Translations under genes and position numbers: made by a program | DNA from: an uncultured Muribaculaceae bacterium | GTDB taxonomy: Bacteria; Bacteroidota; Bacteroidia; Bacteroidales; Muribaculaceae | Length of the DNA: 64,000 nt | Direction: 5' to 3' | Assembly: GCA_910587915.1 (NCBI GenBank) | Contig: CAJUOB010000008.1 | Location: forward strand, 12,099-76,098 | The notes under the pieces: model-generated | Seen by the model: the letters and a program-made list of their open reading frames with translations, nothing else | Told to the model about the DNA's origin: nothing | Databases searched by the model: none | In this document: positions 48,207-58,776 of the stretch, piece after piece | Numbering within the stretch: position 1 is the first letter of the stretch | How the letters are laid out: each line of letters starts with the position of its first letter

Positions 48207-49356
48207 AATCGGACTGCTGCCACGCATCGCCATTGCGATAGCGCTTGGCATCGGCGCCGGATTCGTTCTCCCGGCATGGGCAGCACGCTGCTTTGCCACA
48301 TTCAACGCTCTTTTCAGCGAATTTCTCGGATTTGTCATACCGCTCCTCATTGTCGGATTTGTAGCCCCGGCTATTGCCGATATCGGCCGTCGCGCCGGTG
48401 CCATGCTGTTGGTAACAGTGGCCATAGCCTATGCCATGACATTCGGCTCCGGTGCTCTGGCCTATATCACATCTGCATCGCTCTTCCCATCCATGATCGA
48501 GCCCGACAGCTACATTGCTGCCGAAACGACAGCCACAACATCGCCCACACCATTTTTCACCGTCGATGTAGCCCCGCTCATGAGCGTCACATCGGCTCTT
48601 GTACTCGCCTTTGTACTCGGCTTCGGATGTGCGGTCGTCCCGTCGACACGCACCCTCAAGGATGTGCTCGATAACTTCCGCGACATCATACGCCTCATCA
48701 TAGACAAGGCGATAATACCACTGCTGCCAATATATATATTCGGCATATTCCTCGACATGACCATCAGTGGTGCCGTAGCACCGATTCTACTCACATTTGT
48801 CAAAATCATAGCCGTGATATTCGTGCTGCATGTCGGTGTGCTGGTGCTCCAGTACTGCATCGCATCGATATTCTCGCGCCGCAACCCCTTCAAATCGCTT
48901 TGGACGATGATGCCGGCCTACTTCACGGCGCTCGGCACACAATCGTCGGCAGCTACCATTCCCGTCACTCTGGAGCGCACCGTAGCCATGGGCGTAGACC
49001 GCGATGTGGCAGGATTCACCGTGCCGCTCTGTGCCACCATCCACATGTCGGGCTCTACACTTAAAATCGTGTCGTGTGCTCTAGCCATGATGGTGCTTCA
49101 TGGCATGCCCTATGATTTCAGCATGTTTGCAGGCTTCATAGCCATGCTCGGCATCACAATCATAGCCGCACCCGGCGTCCCGGGGGGAGCAATCATGGCA
49201 TCGCTGGGCCTGCTGTCGTCGATACTCGGCTTTTCCGACGCCGACAATGCCATGATGATAGCCCTCTACATAGCCATGGATAGCTTCGGAACCGCCTGCA
49301 ACATCACCGGCGACGGTGCTATCGCCCAGATCGTAGCCCGCATCTTCCACAAATAA
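48190..49356 (+). CDS. Dicarboxylate/amino acid:cation symporter
   Basis: TQSSAATIP, ATIHMSG, APGVPGG and DSFGTACNITGD motifs; start MTRRLK. Confidence 0.92.
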   Translation: MTRRLKIGLLPRIAIAIALGIGAGFVLPAWAARCFATFNALFSEFLGFVIPLLIVGFVAPAIADIGRRAGAMLLVTVAIAYAMTFGSGALAYITSASLFPSMIEPDSYIAAETTATTSPTPFFTVDVAPLMSVTSALVLAFVLGFGCAVVPSTRTLKDVLDNFRDIIRLIIDKAIIPLLPIYIFGIFLDMTISGAVAPILLTFVKIIAVIFVLHVGVLVLQYCIASIFSRRNPFKSLWTMMPAYFTALGTQSSAATIPVTLERTVAMGVDRDVAGFTVPLCATIHMSGSTLKIVSCALAMMVLHGMPYDFSMFAGFIAMLGITIIAAPGVPGGAIMASLGLLSSILGFSDADNAMMIALYIAMDSFGTACNITGDGAIAQIVARIFHK

Positions 49357-49417
49357 TAGCGCCTACCCCACCCGCTTTACTTTTAGCCCTAATATATCTA
49401 CCTAACTAAAGACAACA

Positions 49418-49447
49418 CGCCCGGACTGCATTGCTGCTGCCCGGGCG
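49418..49447. terminator. Probable terminator between convergent symporter and skp
   Basis: cgcccgg...ccgggcg stem. Confidence 0.55.
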
Positions 49448-49468
49448 CGCTGTTTATAGATAATATGA

Positions 49469-49969
49469 TTAGATTCCGAGTTTTGTACGGATCTGAGGAG
49501 TCACATCGACTACATCGTTGCCCTGATAGAGGAGAAGACCATCCTTAGGCATGATGAACGAAAATCCGCCTTCTGCACCTACTGCCTTGATGGCGTCGGT
49601 AAGCTTCTGCTGGATAGGGGTAGAAAGCTGCTGTTCCTGGCGGGAGATATCCTGCTGGGCTGTTTCGCGGAACTGCTGAACCTTTGCATAGCGGTCCTGT
49701 ACCTCCTGAAGACGACGCTCCTTGATTGCATCGGGAGTGCTGGCGTCCTTTTCGAGAGTCTGGTAGTCGGCGTAGAGCTTGTTCACTTCTTCCTGGAGCT
49801 TCATGAATTCATCTTCGTACTTCTTGGAAGTTTCCTGGAGCTGTGTCTGCATTGCGGTGTATTCGGGCATAGCGGTGAATACAGCCTCGATGTCTACCAC
49901 ACCGAATTTCTGAGCCATAGCGCTCAGTGGCAGAGCCACAGCTACGGCGAGAAGGATTTTCTTGAACAT
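49469..49969 (-). CDS. skp: OmpH/Skp periplasmic chaperone
   Basis: Signal peptide ending AMA-QKFGVVD; coiled coil; AIKAVG...DVT. Confidence 0.9.
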   Translation of the reverse strand: MFKKILLAVAVALPLSAMAQKFGVVDIEAVFTAMPEYTAMQTQLQETSKKYEDEFMKLQEEVNKLYADYQTLEKDASTPDAIKERRLQEVQDRYAKVQQFRETAQQDISRQEQQLSTPIQQKLTDAIKAVGAEGGFSFIMPKDGLLLYQGNDVVDVTPQIRTKLGI

Positions 49970-50015
49970 ATTGCTTATTGTGTTTTTAGTTATTTCTGAT
50001 TTTATTGCGTTTTTG

Positions 50016-50023
50016 CAAAGATA
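50016..50023 (-). promoter_or_regulatory. Internal sigma-A -7 element for the second skp
   Basis: TATCTTTG on minus strand between the two skp genes. Confidence 0.55.
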
Positions 50024-50029
50024 CTGATT

Positions 50030-50545
50030 TTAATTTGAATATCCCAATTTGGCAAGCACCTCGTTGCTCACATCGATGCGCGGCGACGCATAAATGATGT
50101 CGGAGGCCGATGCGCGGTCGAAAATGGCCTGATAGCCACGCTCCTCGGCCACCTTCTTGATGGCATTGTACACATCATCCTGTATGGGTTTCAGAAGAGT
50201 CTGGCGCTTCTGATATAGTTCGCCTTCCGGGCCGAAATACTTATAGCGCAGTTCGGTAGCGGATTTTTCTTTTGCCACTATTTCTTCCTCGCGTTTCTTC
50301 ACCTGTTCTTCAGTGAGAAATACCTTATCGGAAAGATAGTTCTGATACATGGTCTCGGCTTCCTTACCGACAGCCTCGACCTCTTTCTGCCAGCGCTGCG
50401 AAAGCTGGTTGAGCTGTTCGTTGGCCATTTCATATGCCGGAACATTCTTAAATATATACTCCATATCGACCAGAGCGAATTTCTGGGCCGAGGCGGCAAG
50501 CACCGATGCTGCCGCTACAAGGAGAAGGACGGCTATCTTCTTCAT
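50030..50545 (-). CDS. skp: OmpH/Skp periplasmic chaperone (Omp17-like)
   Basis: AQKFALVDMEYI, YFGPEGEL, PIQD and DVSNEVL motifs. Confidence 0.92.
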   Translation of the reverse strand: MKKIAVLLLVAAASVLAASAQKFALVDMEYIFKNVPAYEMANEQLNQLSQRWQKEVEAVGKEAETMYQNYLSDKVFLTEEQVKKREEEIVAKEKSATELRYKYFGPEGELYQKRQTLLKPIQDDVYNAIKKVAEERGYQAIFDRASASDIIYASPRIDVSNEVLAKLGYSN

Positions 50546-50599
50546 ATCTGATTTATTAAGAGTGATTATACTTCTTAGACATCTGAAACGCCAAAAGGT

Positions 50600-53248
50600 T
50601 TAGAATTCCTGTCCGAGAATGAAGTGGAAGTGACTGCCGCCGCGCTCGCCGAACACACGGTCGAAACCGTAGGCCCAGTCGATACCCATAAGACCGACCA
50701 TCGGGAGCTGGATACGCACACCGGCACCACCGCTGCGCTTGAGTTCGAAGGGATTGAACTGGCTGACCGATGTCCATGCATTACCTGCCTCAAGGAAGGC
50801 AAGGGCATATATGGTTGTCGACTGCTGGAGCATGAGGGGGAAGTGGAGTTCGACGCCCATGCGGGTATAGGCGTAGCCTTCGGAGCGCCAAGGCGTGAGC
50901 GAGCCGTTGTCGTAACCGCGGAGAGCGATAGTCTCTGTCGCGTAGGTATACGAGCCGCTCATACCGTCGCCACCGACATAGAAGGTTTCGAAAGGCGACT
51001 TGAGGTATTTATTATAGCTACCGAGAAGACCGAAATCAAATCGGGTCATGAGCACGGGGGTCCACTGCTGGTTGGTCGACAGCGGTGTGTACGTACGGCT
51101 CTTGAAGCGCAGTTTCCAGTATTCGATCCAGCGGTAAAGCTCCTTATTAGCCTGGTCGCGGACCTTGGAATCCGACGAGCCAGACTGCTCTGAGAGAGTC
51201 TTCCAGTCTTTCTTGCCGAAGAGCGATGCCGGAGGGGTCATCTGCAGGCTAAGCTGGAACGACGAACCGCTACGGGTATATATAGGATTGTCGATCGATG
51301 TACGCGAAAGGGTAAGTCCGAGTGTCAGCGAGTTCGACGTACCGTTGTTCATCAGGAAGAGGTAGTCCCAGTTCTTAAGGTAGTACCAGTTATAGCCCAC
51401 TTCGGCAGTGAATGTGAAGAAGTCATCGGGCCATTTTAGGCGCTTGCCGAATCCGACATTCACGCCCACCATCTGAAGCACCTTGTTGGGGTCGAGGGAG
51501 TTCTGATAGCTGTTTTGGTAATAGTCGTCGTAGTAGCTGCTGTAGCCGGGATAGTAACCGTAGCCATATCCATACATCGACGAGTTTGCCCAGGAATTGT
51601 TATAGAACGACGAGTTCACACCGGTCTGGCGGCTATAGTATGCCGACACGGAGAGACTGTTGGGTCGCTTGCCACCGAACCACGGATCGAGGAAAGAAAT
51701 GGCATAGCTCTGATAGTAGCGGGCGTTGGTCTGCGCACTGATCGAGAATGTCTGGCCTTCGCCCTGAGGAATGATTCCGCGGTATGTGCTGGGATAGAAA
51801 AGATTCTTGATCGAGAAGTTGGTGAACTTCAACTGCAGCTTACCGATAATACCGGTCTGACCCCAGCCGAGCGAGAACTCGATCTGGTCGTTGGCCTTCG
51901 ATTCGAGATTGAGAGCCACATCGACAGTACCGTTTTCTTCGTTGGGCACAATATCCGGCACCATATTCTCGGGATTGAAGTGTCCGGTCTGAGCGATTTC
52001 ACGCATGGATCGCATAAGGTCGCTCTTGCTGAAAAGCGCACCGGGACGCACACGGAGCTCTCGACGGATCACTTTCTCGTAAAGGCGGTCGTTACCATTG
52101 ATAGTCACATTGTTGATTCGAGCCTGCGGACCTTCCATCATACGCATCTCGAGCGAGATAGAGTCGCCTTCGATTTCACGTTCGATAGGAACGAGCTGAT
52201 AGAAGAGATAACCATTGTCCATATACAGACTCGACACGGCATCGTCGTCGGTCTGCAAGCGCTTGTCGAGTTGTTTCTGATTATAGACATCGCCCGGCTT
52301 CATGTCGAGATATGCATCGAGCACTTCGGTAGGATAGATGGTATTACCCACCCACTGGATATCCTTGATGAAGTATTGCTTGCCTTCGGAAAGATCGATG
52401 TACACGTCGACCGAATTATCATTGTAGGGCACTACGCTATCGGCCAGAATCTTGGCGTCGCGATAGCCTTTCTCGTTATATTTCTCGAGAATACGGTTGA
52501 GGTCGTCGTGATAGTCGTTCTCCACAAACTTCTTCTGGCTGAAAATCTTCAGAAGGTCCGTTTTCTCGTTGGTTTTCTTCATTGTGCGCTTCAGGGCGCG
52601 GTCGGAAAGCACCTCATTGCCGTCGAAGTAGATTTTATGCACTTTCACCTTGCTGTGCTTATCCACCACGATGTCCACAAACATCTCGTTCTCGTTCGAC
52701 AGGTCCTCGCGCAGGTTCACCTTCACGGTCACATTGCCGAAGCCCTTGTCCTTGTAGTACTTCTCGACAATGGCCTGAGTACGGTTCACCATATTGCGGG
52801 TAATGGTATTACCTTTCACCAGCTGCAGACGCTCCTGCAGGTCTTTCGACTCGCCTTTCTTGGCACCGACATAGTTCACGGCCGAGATGCGGGGCTGTGT
52901 ACGGAGCACTATCTTCAGCCATGCCTTATCGCCGGCTGTTTTCTCCAGTTCGATACGAGCCTGTGCAAAGAGAGTCTGACGCATGAGTCGCTTCACGGCA
53001 TTTGTAATGTCGTCGCCGGGAATGGTCACACGGTCACCGACCTTTAGGCCGGCATAGCCAAGCACGAGCGCATCCTCATAGTTGGGAGCACCTTCCACAG
53101 AGATGCCGGCAATTTCGTAGGTGCGCGGCATGGCGGTGTAGAGCACCGTCGGGTTATAGATAGTGTCGGCCGGAGTCTGCGCCACCGTTTTCACGGATAC
53201 GGCGGAAGCAAAAAGGAGCGCCAGAAGCAGAAGTATTCGTTGTTGCAT
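50600..53248 (-). CDS. bamA: Outer membrane protein assembly factor BamA
   Basis: POTRA repeats, IALRGY motif, C-terminal FHFILGQEF. Confidence 0.96.
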   Translation of the reverse strand: MQQRILLLLALLFASAVSVKTVAQTPADTIYNPTVLYTAMPRTYEIAGISVEGAPNYEDALVLGYAGLKVGDRVTIPGDDITNAVKRLMRQTLFAQARIELEKTAGDKAWLKIVLRTQPRISAVNYVGAKKGESKDLQERLQLVKGNTITRNMVNRTQAIVEKYYKDKGFGNVTVKVNLREDLSNENEMFVDIVVDKHSKVKVHKIYFDGNEVLSDRALKRTMKKTNEKTDLLKIFSQKKFVENDYHDDLNRILEKYNEKGYRDAKILADSVVPYNDNSVDVYIDLSEGKQYFIKDIQWVGNTIYPTEVLDAYLDMKPGDVYNQKQLDKRLQTDDDAVSSLYMDNGYLFYQLVPIEREIEGDSISLEMRMMEGPQARINNVTINGNDRLYEKVIRRELRVRPGALFSKSDLMRSMREIAQTGHFNPENMVPDIVPNEENGTVDVALNLESKANDQIEFSLGWGQTGIIGKLQLKFTNFSIKNLFYPSTYRGIIPQGEGQTFSISAQTNARYYQSYAISFLDPWFGGKRPNSLSVSAYYSRQTGVNSSFYNNSWANSSMYGYGYGYYPGYSSYYDDYYQNSYQNSLDPNKVLQMVGVNVGFGKRLKWPDDFFTFTAEVGYNWYYLKNWDYLFLMNNGTSNSLTLGLTLSRTSIDNPIYTRSGSSFQLSLQMTPPASLFGKKDWKTLSEQSGSSDSKVRDQANKELYRWIEYWKLRFKSRTYTPLSTNQQWTPVLMTRFDFGLLGSYNKYLKSPFETFYVGGDGMSGSYTYATETIALRGYDNGSLTPWRSEGYAYTRMGVELHFPLMLQQSTTIYALAFLEAGNAWTSVSQFNPFELKRSGGAGVRIQLPMVGLMGIDWAYGFDRVFGERGGSHFHFILGQEF

Positions 53249-53288
53249 GAGTGAGTAATGGTCGGTTCTTGTGCCGGTTTAAGCCGGC

Positions 53289-54035
53289 TCAACTGTCGAG
53301 TATCTGTTCGCCGGTGAGTCCGAAACGCCTTTGGCGCCTTTGGAATTCGGCAATGTGGTTTCTGAATTCAGCCCGGCTGTAGTCAGGCCAATAGGTGGAG
53401 GTGAACACCAGTTCGGTATAGGCGATCTGGTAGAGAAGAAAGTTGCTGATACGCATGTCGCCTCCGGTGCGTATCAAAAGGTCGGGATCGGGCACTGCCG
53501 CGGTAGTCATTGCCTGCGACAGCGTTTCCTCTGTAATCTGTGCCGGGTCGAGCGCCCCCTCTGCCGCACGTGCAGCCAGGCGACGTACTGCCTCGGTAAT
53601 CTCCCATCGCGACGAATAGCTCAGGGCGAGCAGCAACAGAAGGCCCGTGCAGCCCGATGTCTCGGCCATGCATCGTTCCAGGCGTGCAGCAGCCTCAGCG
53701 GGCATGCGGGATAGCTCTCCGATAGCGCCAAGACGCACATTATTCTTTATCAGGTCGGGAGTTTCGCGCTCTATAGCCGTGACAATGAGATGCATCAGAG
53801 CGTCGACCTCTTCCTTGGGCCGATTCCAGTTCTCGGTCGAGAAAGTATAGAGTGTGAGCACTTTCACACCAAGGGCCGAAGCTTCTTCGGTGATGCGGCG
53901 CACAGTCGACACGCCTTCGACATGGCCCGCGGTGCGCTCCATGCCGTGCGACTGCGCCCAACGTCCGTTGCCATCCATTATTATGGCAATGTGCGCCGGA
54001 ATGCGGGTAAGGTCGAGTGTCGGTTGTTCGCTCAT
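53289..54035 (-). CDS. uppS: Undecaprenyl diphosphate synthase
   Basis: HIAIIMDGNGRWA, FSTENW, DLLIRTGG, RISNFLL and RRFG motifs. Confidence 0.97.
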   Translation of the reverse strand: MSEQPTLDLTRIPAHIAIIMDGNGRWAQSHGMERTAGHVEGVSTVRRITEEASALGVKVLTLYTFSTENWNRPKEEVDALMHLIVTAIERETPDLIKNNVRLGAIGELSRMPAEAAARLERCMAETSGCTGLLLLLALSYSSRWEITEAVRRLAARAAEGALDPAQITEETLSQAMTTAAVPDPDLLIRTGGDMRISNFLLYQIAYTELVFTSTYWPDYSRAEFRNHIAEFQRRQRRFGLTGEQILDS

Positions 54036-54057
54036 ATATTCAGCAGGAGAGATGGTT

Positions 54058-54771
54058 TTAATCAACATAATGACAGGTTTCACACCGTGGACCGAATTCG
54101 TAGGATATTCCCACGGTAAGGCGCGAGAACCAGTCGGTATTTTTATAAAAAGCGGTCTTTATCTGGTTGAGATCGGAAAGCACCGGGCCATCCACATGGT
54201 CGCCGAAAGCCTTGGTCATGCTGAATTCGATGCCAAGATTGAGGCGCTGCGTAGCCTTGTACTTGAATCCGACCGCAAGCGGAATCGTAGGAGCTGCGGA
54301 AGTTTTGCCACCCGAAGATGCCAGGCATACGCCCACTCCGGCGGCCAGATAAGGAGTCCAGCGGCGCAGGCGCTTATAAGTCTCGCCAATGCCATAAGCG
54401 AAGAAATTGAATTCGCCACGTACATCGAGAGCATACACCTGCGATGTGAAGTTATATTCAGCGCCACCGGGCAGCACATCGCTCATGTCCGCTGTATTTC
54501 CGCTAAGGGATAACGTCGACAGCACACCGCGCAATGCCCATCGCGTGTCGGGAAGATAGCGCATGGACAGCTCGCCGGTAAACCCGGGATGGCTGTACAT
54601 GTTGGCTCGGTTGGCGTCGCCTATGTAGCCGCTCATACCCAACTGCGCACCCACATCGAACTTATAGGGAGCAGCCTGCGCATGAGCCACCACTGCACAC
54701 ATCAGCAGCAACGCCCACACCGTCAACCGGCGTGGCGTGGCGCATAGGGCATGTGTGCGGACAGCGATCAT
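54058..54771 (-). CDS. porG: DUF6089 / PorG-like outer-membrane beta-barrel
   Basis: GYIGDAN, EFNFF, KNTDW motifs and C-terminal CETC; position upstream of uppS-bamA-skp-skp as in Porphyromonas. Confidence 0.7.
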   Translation of the reverse strand: MIAVRTHALCATPRRLTVWALLLMCAVVAHAQAAPYKFDVGAQLGMSGYIGDANRANMYSHPGFTGELSMRYLPDTRWALRGVLSTLSLSGNTADMSDVLPGGAEYNFTSQVYALDVRGEFNFFAYGIGETYKRLRRWTPYLAAGVGVCLASSGGKTSAAPTIPLAVGFKYKATQRLNLGIEFSMTKAFGDHVDGPVLSDLNQIKTAFYKNTDWFSRLTVGISYEFGPRCETCHYVD

Positions 54772-54778
54772 GTGGCGC

Positions 54779-56299
54779 TTACTGTATCGGTTTGAATGTG
54801 AATCGTGTTATTGCAGCACGCCACACACTGTTGTGGAGTTCTCCGTCTTTGGAATATCCGCCAAATAGATAGATGAACGGGCATTCCCACGATGTGATGG
54901 GCTTTGTGGCACGGGTCGCCGGGAAAACCGACGGCACGAAAACAGCCGAGGCCGGCAGTCTGTAGGCAAAGGGCATATCCACCCATGCCGACGCCGAACG
55001 GCTTGTGAGAGTGGTCTCCTCTACAAAAGCCTGGGCTCCATAGAAATCCGGCAGATATTCGGGCAACTGCAGCATATCGGGAGCTTTCTCCCATGTCATA
55101 CCATAGTTGGTGGTCACATACACGGTGTCGTTGACAGCATCATTCTCGTCAACTCCGCCCATGGCCATTATCAGAGAGTAATCAGTTGCCACCCATGTAT
55201 TCGACACACGGACAGCATAATATGGCAATAGTGTGACTCCACTCAGATCTTTTGCAAAATTACCGTTCAGTTTAGCCCAGTTAGCGCCATCGTATGCCCA
55301 TACGGCGCCTGTTGTCGAGCCGTTGGACGTAACGCCGCCCACCATCACGGCCTGATGCTCGTCGCTGAACGAGAACATAAAGTCAACCAACTGCGATGTA
55401 CCGGTCACAGGCATATCCGATTCCATGGCCATGCCGTTGCAACCGCCGGCCGGATACTGAGTATACTGCCAACCGGTCGAAGTCTTGACATTGCCAAGAA
55501 TCGTCTTGTCGACACCACCGTATATATTGCTCCATGTCTGTCCGGTAGAGAGCCATGTCTTACCGCCGTCGGTCGAACGATAGAGAACACCTGCATTATC
55601 GAGGATGTAAAGGGCATCAGCCGTACCGGTAAACGAATTCAACTTAGCGCCGGCAGGGAGTGCGGGCGTTGCATAGTCCCATACGTCGCCGAAAGCATGC
55701 TGGGTATAGGCCACACACCATGAGCCGCGATTGTCGGTCGACAGGCAGTAGATGCCATCGGCAGTGTTGGTCGTATGCTGATCGGCTACAGTGCCGAGAT
55801 TCGACGGCAAGGTGCGCAGGGCTGCACGGTCCCACACCAAGGTATCGGTAACAGCTGTATGAACATTCACTGTAATAGTATAGCGGCGCGACACAAGACC
55901 GTCGGGCGACTTGACGTCAAGATATACCGGATGAGTGAAATTCACCGTATCATCCTGGCTTTCCAGATAGTCGTGTACCACTTCCTTGCCATCCGCATCA
56001 CGGGCGGTGAGAGTAGCCAGCGACACACCCTCGAGCATGGTGATTTTAGGCACGAGTTTGTCGACATGCGTTCCATACGGAAGCGAATCGCCGTTGAATA
56101 TCAAGGCTCTGTCAAGATCGATCGAAAAGAAGACGGTGTCGAGATTTGCAAGCACGCTATCATCGGCCTGAAAACCGAAAGAATATACCGCCACACTGGC
56201 CGAGGTGGATTCCGAATGGTACTCCATATCGGAATTACAACGGGCAAAAAGAAGCACGGCAGCAAGTGCTGCAAGGCATATTGTAGTGAATTTCCTCAT
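54779..56299 (-). CDS. DUF6242-like lipoprotein
   Basis: Lipobox FARC; FSID...IFNGDSLPYGT; IYLFGG and NSVWRA C-terminus; first gene of the porG operon. Confidence 0.7.
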   Translation of the reverse strand: MRKFTTICLAALAAVLLFARCNSDMEYHSESTSASVAVYSFGFQADDSVLANLDTVFFSIDLDRALIFNGDSLPYGTHVDKLVPKITMLEGVSLATLTARDADGKEVVHDYLESQDDTVNFTHPVYLDVKSPDGLVSRRYTITVNVHTAVTDTLVWDRAALRTLPSNLGTVADQHTTNTADGIYCLSTDNRGSWCVAYTQHAFGDVWDYATPALPAGAKLNSFTGTADALYILDNAGVLYRSTDGGKTWLSTGQTWSNIYGGVDKTILGNVKTSTGWQYTQYPAGGCNGMAMESDMPVTGTSQLVDFMFSFSDEHQAVMVGGVTSNGSTTGAVWAYDGANWAKLNGNFAKDLSGVTLLPYYAVRVSNTWVATDYSLIMAMGGVDENDAVNDTVYVTTNYGMTWEKAPDMLQLPEYLPDFYGAQAFVEETTLTSRSASAWVDMPFAYRLPASAVFVPSVFPATRATKPITSWECPFIYLFGGYSKDGELHNSVWRAAITRFTFKPIQ

Positions 56300-56322
56300 T
56301 GAGTTTACAGTATTACAAGGTG

Positions 56323-56330
56323 CAAAATTA
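56323..56330 (-). promoter_or_regulatory. Sigma-A -7 element for the DUF6242-porG-uppS-bamA operon
   Basis: TAATTTTG on minus strand. Confidence 0.6.
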
Positions 56331-56450
56331 TAATTTTGGCCGCAATAGGACAAACCATTTCGCACAAAAGCACGTATTTGACGCGCATTTATATGTTTTT
56401 AACTCCACCGAAGCCCGAGTGCGAATAAACATTAACACTCCGCAGTGCCA

Positions 56451-57470
56451 TCACGGCTGCGGAAACAGACTCCGGAATACCGCCGAGGTATAGCGGTATA
56501 CTTTATTTCCATCGCACGCCATCGAATCCACGGGGGCACATGGCATTACCGGAGCTGGAACCGCTCCTCTATCGCCAAGCGAAAACCGCGCCACCTCTAC
56601 ATACGCCTCATCCCACAGGCCGGCGTCGAGGAACGACTGCAGCAACGACGCGCCACCCTCAACCATCAGAGATGTTATATTTTCCGAAGAATATAGTTGG
56701 CTAAGGGTCTCATCTAAAGCAGCATCACTATTTACATATACAGTATTGCGCGCATCCGACAGCAGAGGCGCCCCCGCAGCAATGCCATGGCGGTCGAAAA
56801 CCACCGGCCTAGGCGATCTACCGGCCACATGGCGCGTATCGAGCCGTGGCGAGTCGGCAAGCACCGTGGCAGCACCCACAGCGATAGCGTCGTGACAGGC
56901 ACGACGTTCGTGCACTTTCCGGCTCGACAACGGAGTCGAAAAACGCGCGGCCTCACTTCCGGATTTTCGGCATACATCCATGAAGCCATCGGCACTTTGC
57001 GCCCACTTAAGCGTGACAAAAGGGCGTCGCAGAGCATGCGCCGTCATAAATCGCTTATTTATAAGGCGGCACTCTGTCTCGAGGACACCTTCGACCACTT
57101 CTATGCCGGCATCGCGCAACATGGCGATGCCTCGACCGGCCACTTTCGGATTGGGATCGCCCGCTCCTACTACTACCCTTTTGAATCCGCACTCGGTCAA
57201 CAATTTGGCACAAGGCGGAGTCTTGCCATAATGGGAACATGGTTCGAGGGTTACATATATGGTAGATTCCGGAAAAAGGGCTCTGTCGTGTTCGTTGACC
57301 GACGCCACGGCATTCACCTCGGCATGAGGTCCGCCATATGCCCTATGCCAACCCTCGCCGATAATTTGTCCGTCGGGACCGGCTATCACAGCCCCAACCA
57401 TAGGGTTGGGCGACACAAAACCATATCCATTATATGCGAGCCTTAGCGCCCGCCGCATGTACTTTTCCAT
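56451..57470 (-). CDS. ribD: Riboflavin biosynthesis bifunctional deaminase/reductase
   Basis: PNPMVGAV, HAE, TLEPCSHYGKTPPC and MVEGG motifs. Confidence 0.96.
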   Translation of the reverse strand: MEKYMRRALRLAYNGYGFVSPNPMVGAVIAGPDGQIIGEGWHRAYGGPHAEVNAVASVNEHDRALFPESTIYVTLEPCSHYGKTPPCAKLLTECGFKRVVVGAGDPNPKVAGRGIAMLRDAGIEVVEGVLETECRLINKRFMTAHALRRPFVTLKWAQSADGFMDVCRKSGSEAARFSTPLSSRKVHERRACHDAIAVGAATVLADSPRLDTRHVAGRSPRPVVFDRHGIAAGAPLLSDARNTVYVNSDAALDETLSQLYSSENITSLMVEGGASLLQSFLDAGLWDEAYVEVARFSLGDRGAVPAPVMPCAPVDSMACDGNKVYRYTSAVFRSLFPQP

Positions 57471-57488
57471 TGAAGCGAAATAAAATGA

Positions 57489-58370
57489 CTATAGTGCCGA
57501 GTATGCCGGCGAGAAGGTGTCGCCTTGATTGGGATCGCCCGTTCTCAGACCCTTGGAGAGCCAGCGTACACGCTGCTCAGACCGTCCATGATTGAAACTG
57601 TCGGGCATCTCACGCCCGTAAGCCTTGCGTTGGAGGTAGTCGTCGCCGATCTTGGAAGCGGCATTTATGGCATTCTCCACATCACCTTCCTCGAGCGAAT
57701 TAAACATCTGATTGTCGAGGGCGGCCCATACTCCGGCGTAGAAATCGGCCTGTAATTCGAGGCGCACGCTTATCTTGTTGGCCTCGGTCTCGCTGAGACG
57801 CGACATCGCATCGTGAGCCTCGGTCAAGGTCCCCAGCAGATACTGCACATGGTGCCCAACTTCATGGGCTATCACATAGGCATAGGCAAATTCACCATCC
57901 GCACCGATAGTGGAGCCCATCTGCTTGAAGAAATCGAGATCGATATACACCGTCTGGTCGGCAGAGCAATAGAACGGGCCTGTCTGCGAGGTAGCATTGC
58001 CACAGCCGGAATTTACCGAACCGCTGAAAAGTACCAGTTTGGGACACTCGTACTCGCCCCAGCCCTGACGCTGAAACTCGCGTGTCCACACATCTTCCGT
58101 TCCGGCGAGCACCTGCGAGGCAAATGTGGCAAGCTGCTCGTCTTCAGCCGTGGGCTGATAGTCGGACTGTGAGTACCCTACTCCACCGTTGGTGAGGCCA
58201 CTGCCAAGCACACCGCCCAGCACATCCGTGAGGCTACCTCCCGAAAAAAGGGTGATGGCGGCCATTACAATCACACCGACTATACCTCCGCCTATGCCGA
58301 GGGTTTTGCCGCTGACGCGACCGCGGCGGTCATCTACATTGCCGCTGGTGCGGCGTCCGTCCATTCTCAT
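57489..58370 (-). CDS. Neutral zinc metallopeptidase (YpfJ-like)
   Basis: NVDDRRG, GPFYC, AHEVGHHVQ and ELQAD motifs. Confidence 0.92.
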   Translation of the reverse strand: MRMDGRRTSGNVDDRRGRVSGKTLGIGGGIVGVIVMAAITLFSGGSLTDVLGGVLGSGLTNGGVGYSQSDYQPTAEDEQLATFASQVLAGTEDVWTREFQRQGWGEYECPKLVLFSGSVNSGCGNATSQTGPFYCSADQTVYIDLDFFKQMGSTIGADGEFAYAYVIAHEVGHHVQYLLGTLTEAHDAMSRLSETEANKISVRLELQADFYAGVWAALDNQMFNSLEEGDVENAINAASKIGDDYLQRKAYGREMPDSFNHGRSEQRVRWLSKGLRTGDPNQGDTFSPAYSAL

Positions 58371-58443
58371 CTTTATAGGTTTTTAGGGTTATGTGGAGAT
58401 AGGCAGGCTGGAAAAACAAGCACACTCTTAATATTTCAACCAC

Positions 58444-58776
58444 CTACTTGGGCAATAGTTCGAAGCTATCCACATAGATTTCGGTGATAGTACGCTTGAT
58501 AGCATTGTGGTCTTCCCAGTAGCGGGTACGGATCTTACCCTCTACAAGCAGACGGGAACCCTTGCGGATATATTTCTCGGCAAATTCCGCAGCCCGGCCC
58601 CACATCACAATATTGTGCCACTCTGTGATCTCGGGCATCTCCACAATCGAACCATCGGCTCCGCGGGCTGTCCGGCGCTCATTGGTGGCAAGAGTGAACT
58701 CCGCCACCGAACTGCTATCGACCATTCGCATCTTGGGATCTTTGCCGACATGACCCAACAATATAACCTTATTCAT
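58444..58776 (-). CDS. ssb: Single-stranded DNA-binding protein (short, no acidic tail)
   Basis: MNKVILLGHVGKDP, TEWH and VEGKIRTR motifs. Confidence 0.92.
   Translation of the reverse strand: MNKVILLGHVGKDPKMRMVDSSSVAEFTLATNERRTARGADGSIVEMPEITEWHNIVMWGRAAEFAEKYIRKGSRLLVEGKIRTRYWEDHNAIKRTITEIYVDSFELLPK

Noticed and set aside
51500..51620. Tyr/Ser/Gly-rich low-complexity stretch in bamA
   Set aside because: In frame and consistent with the loop insertions usual in Bacteroidales BamA
51515..53047. 510-aa plus-strand ORF and similar long antisense ORFs (859..1854, 8519..9541, 10137..11084, 62070..63053)
   Set aside because: All lie opposite well-supported genes and have atypical His/Arg-rich composition
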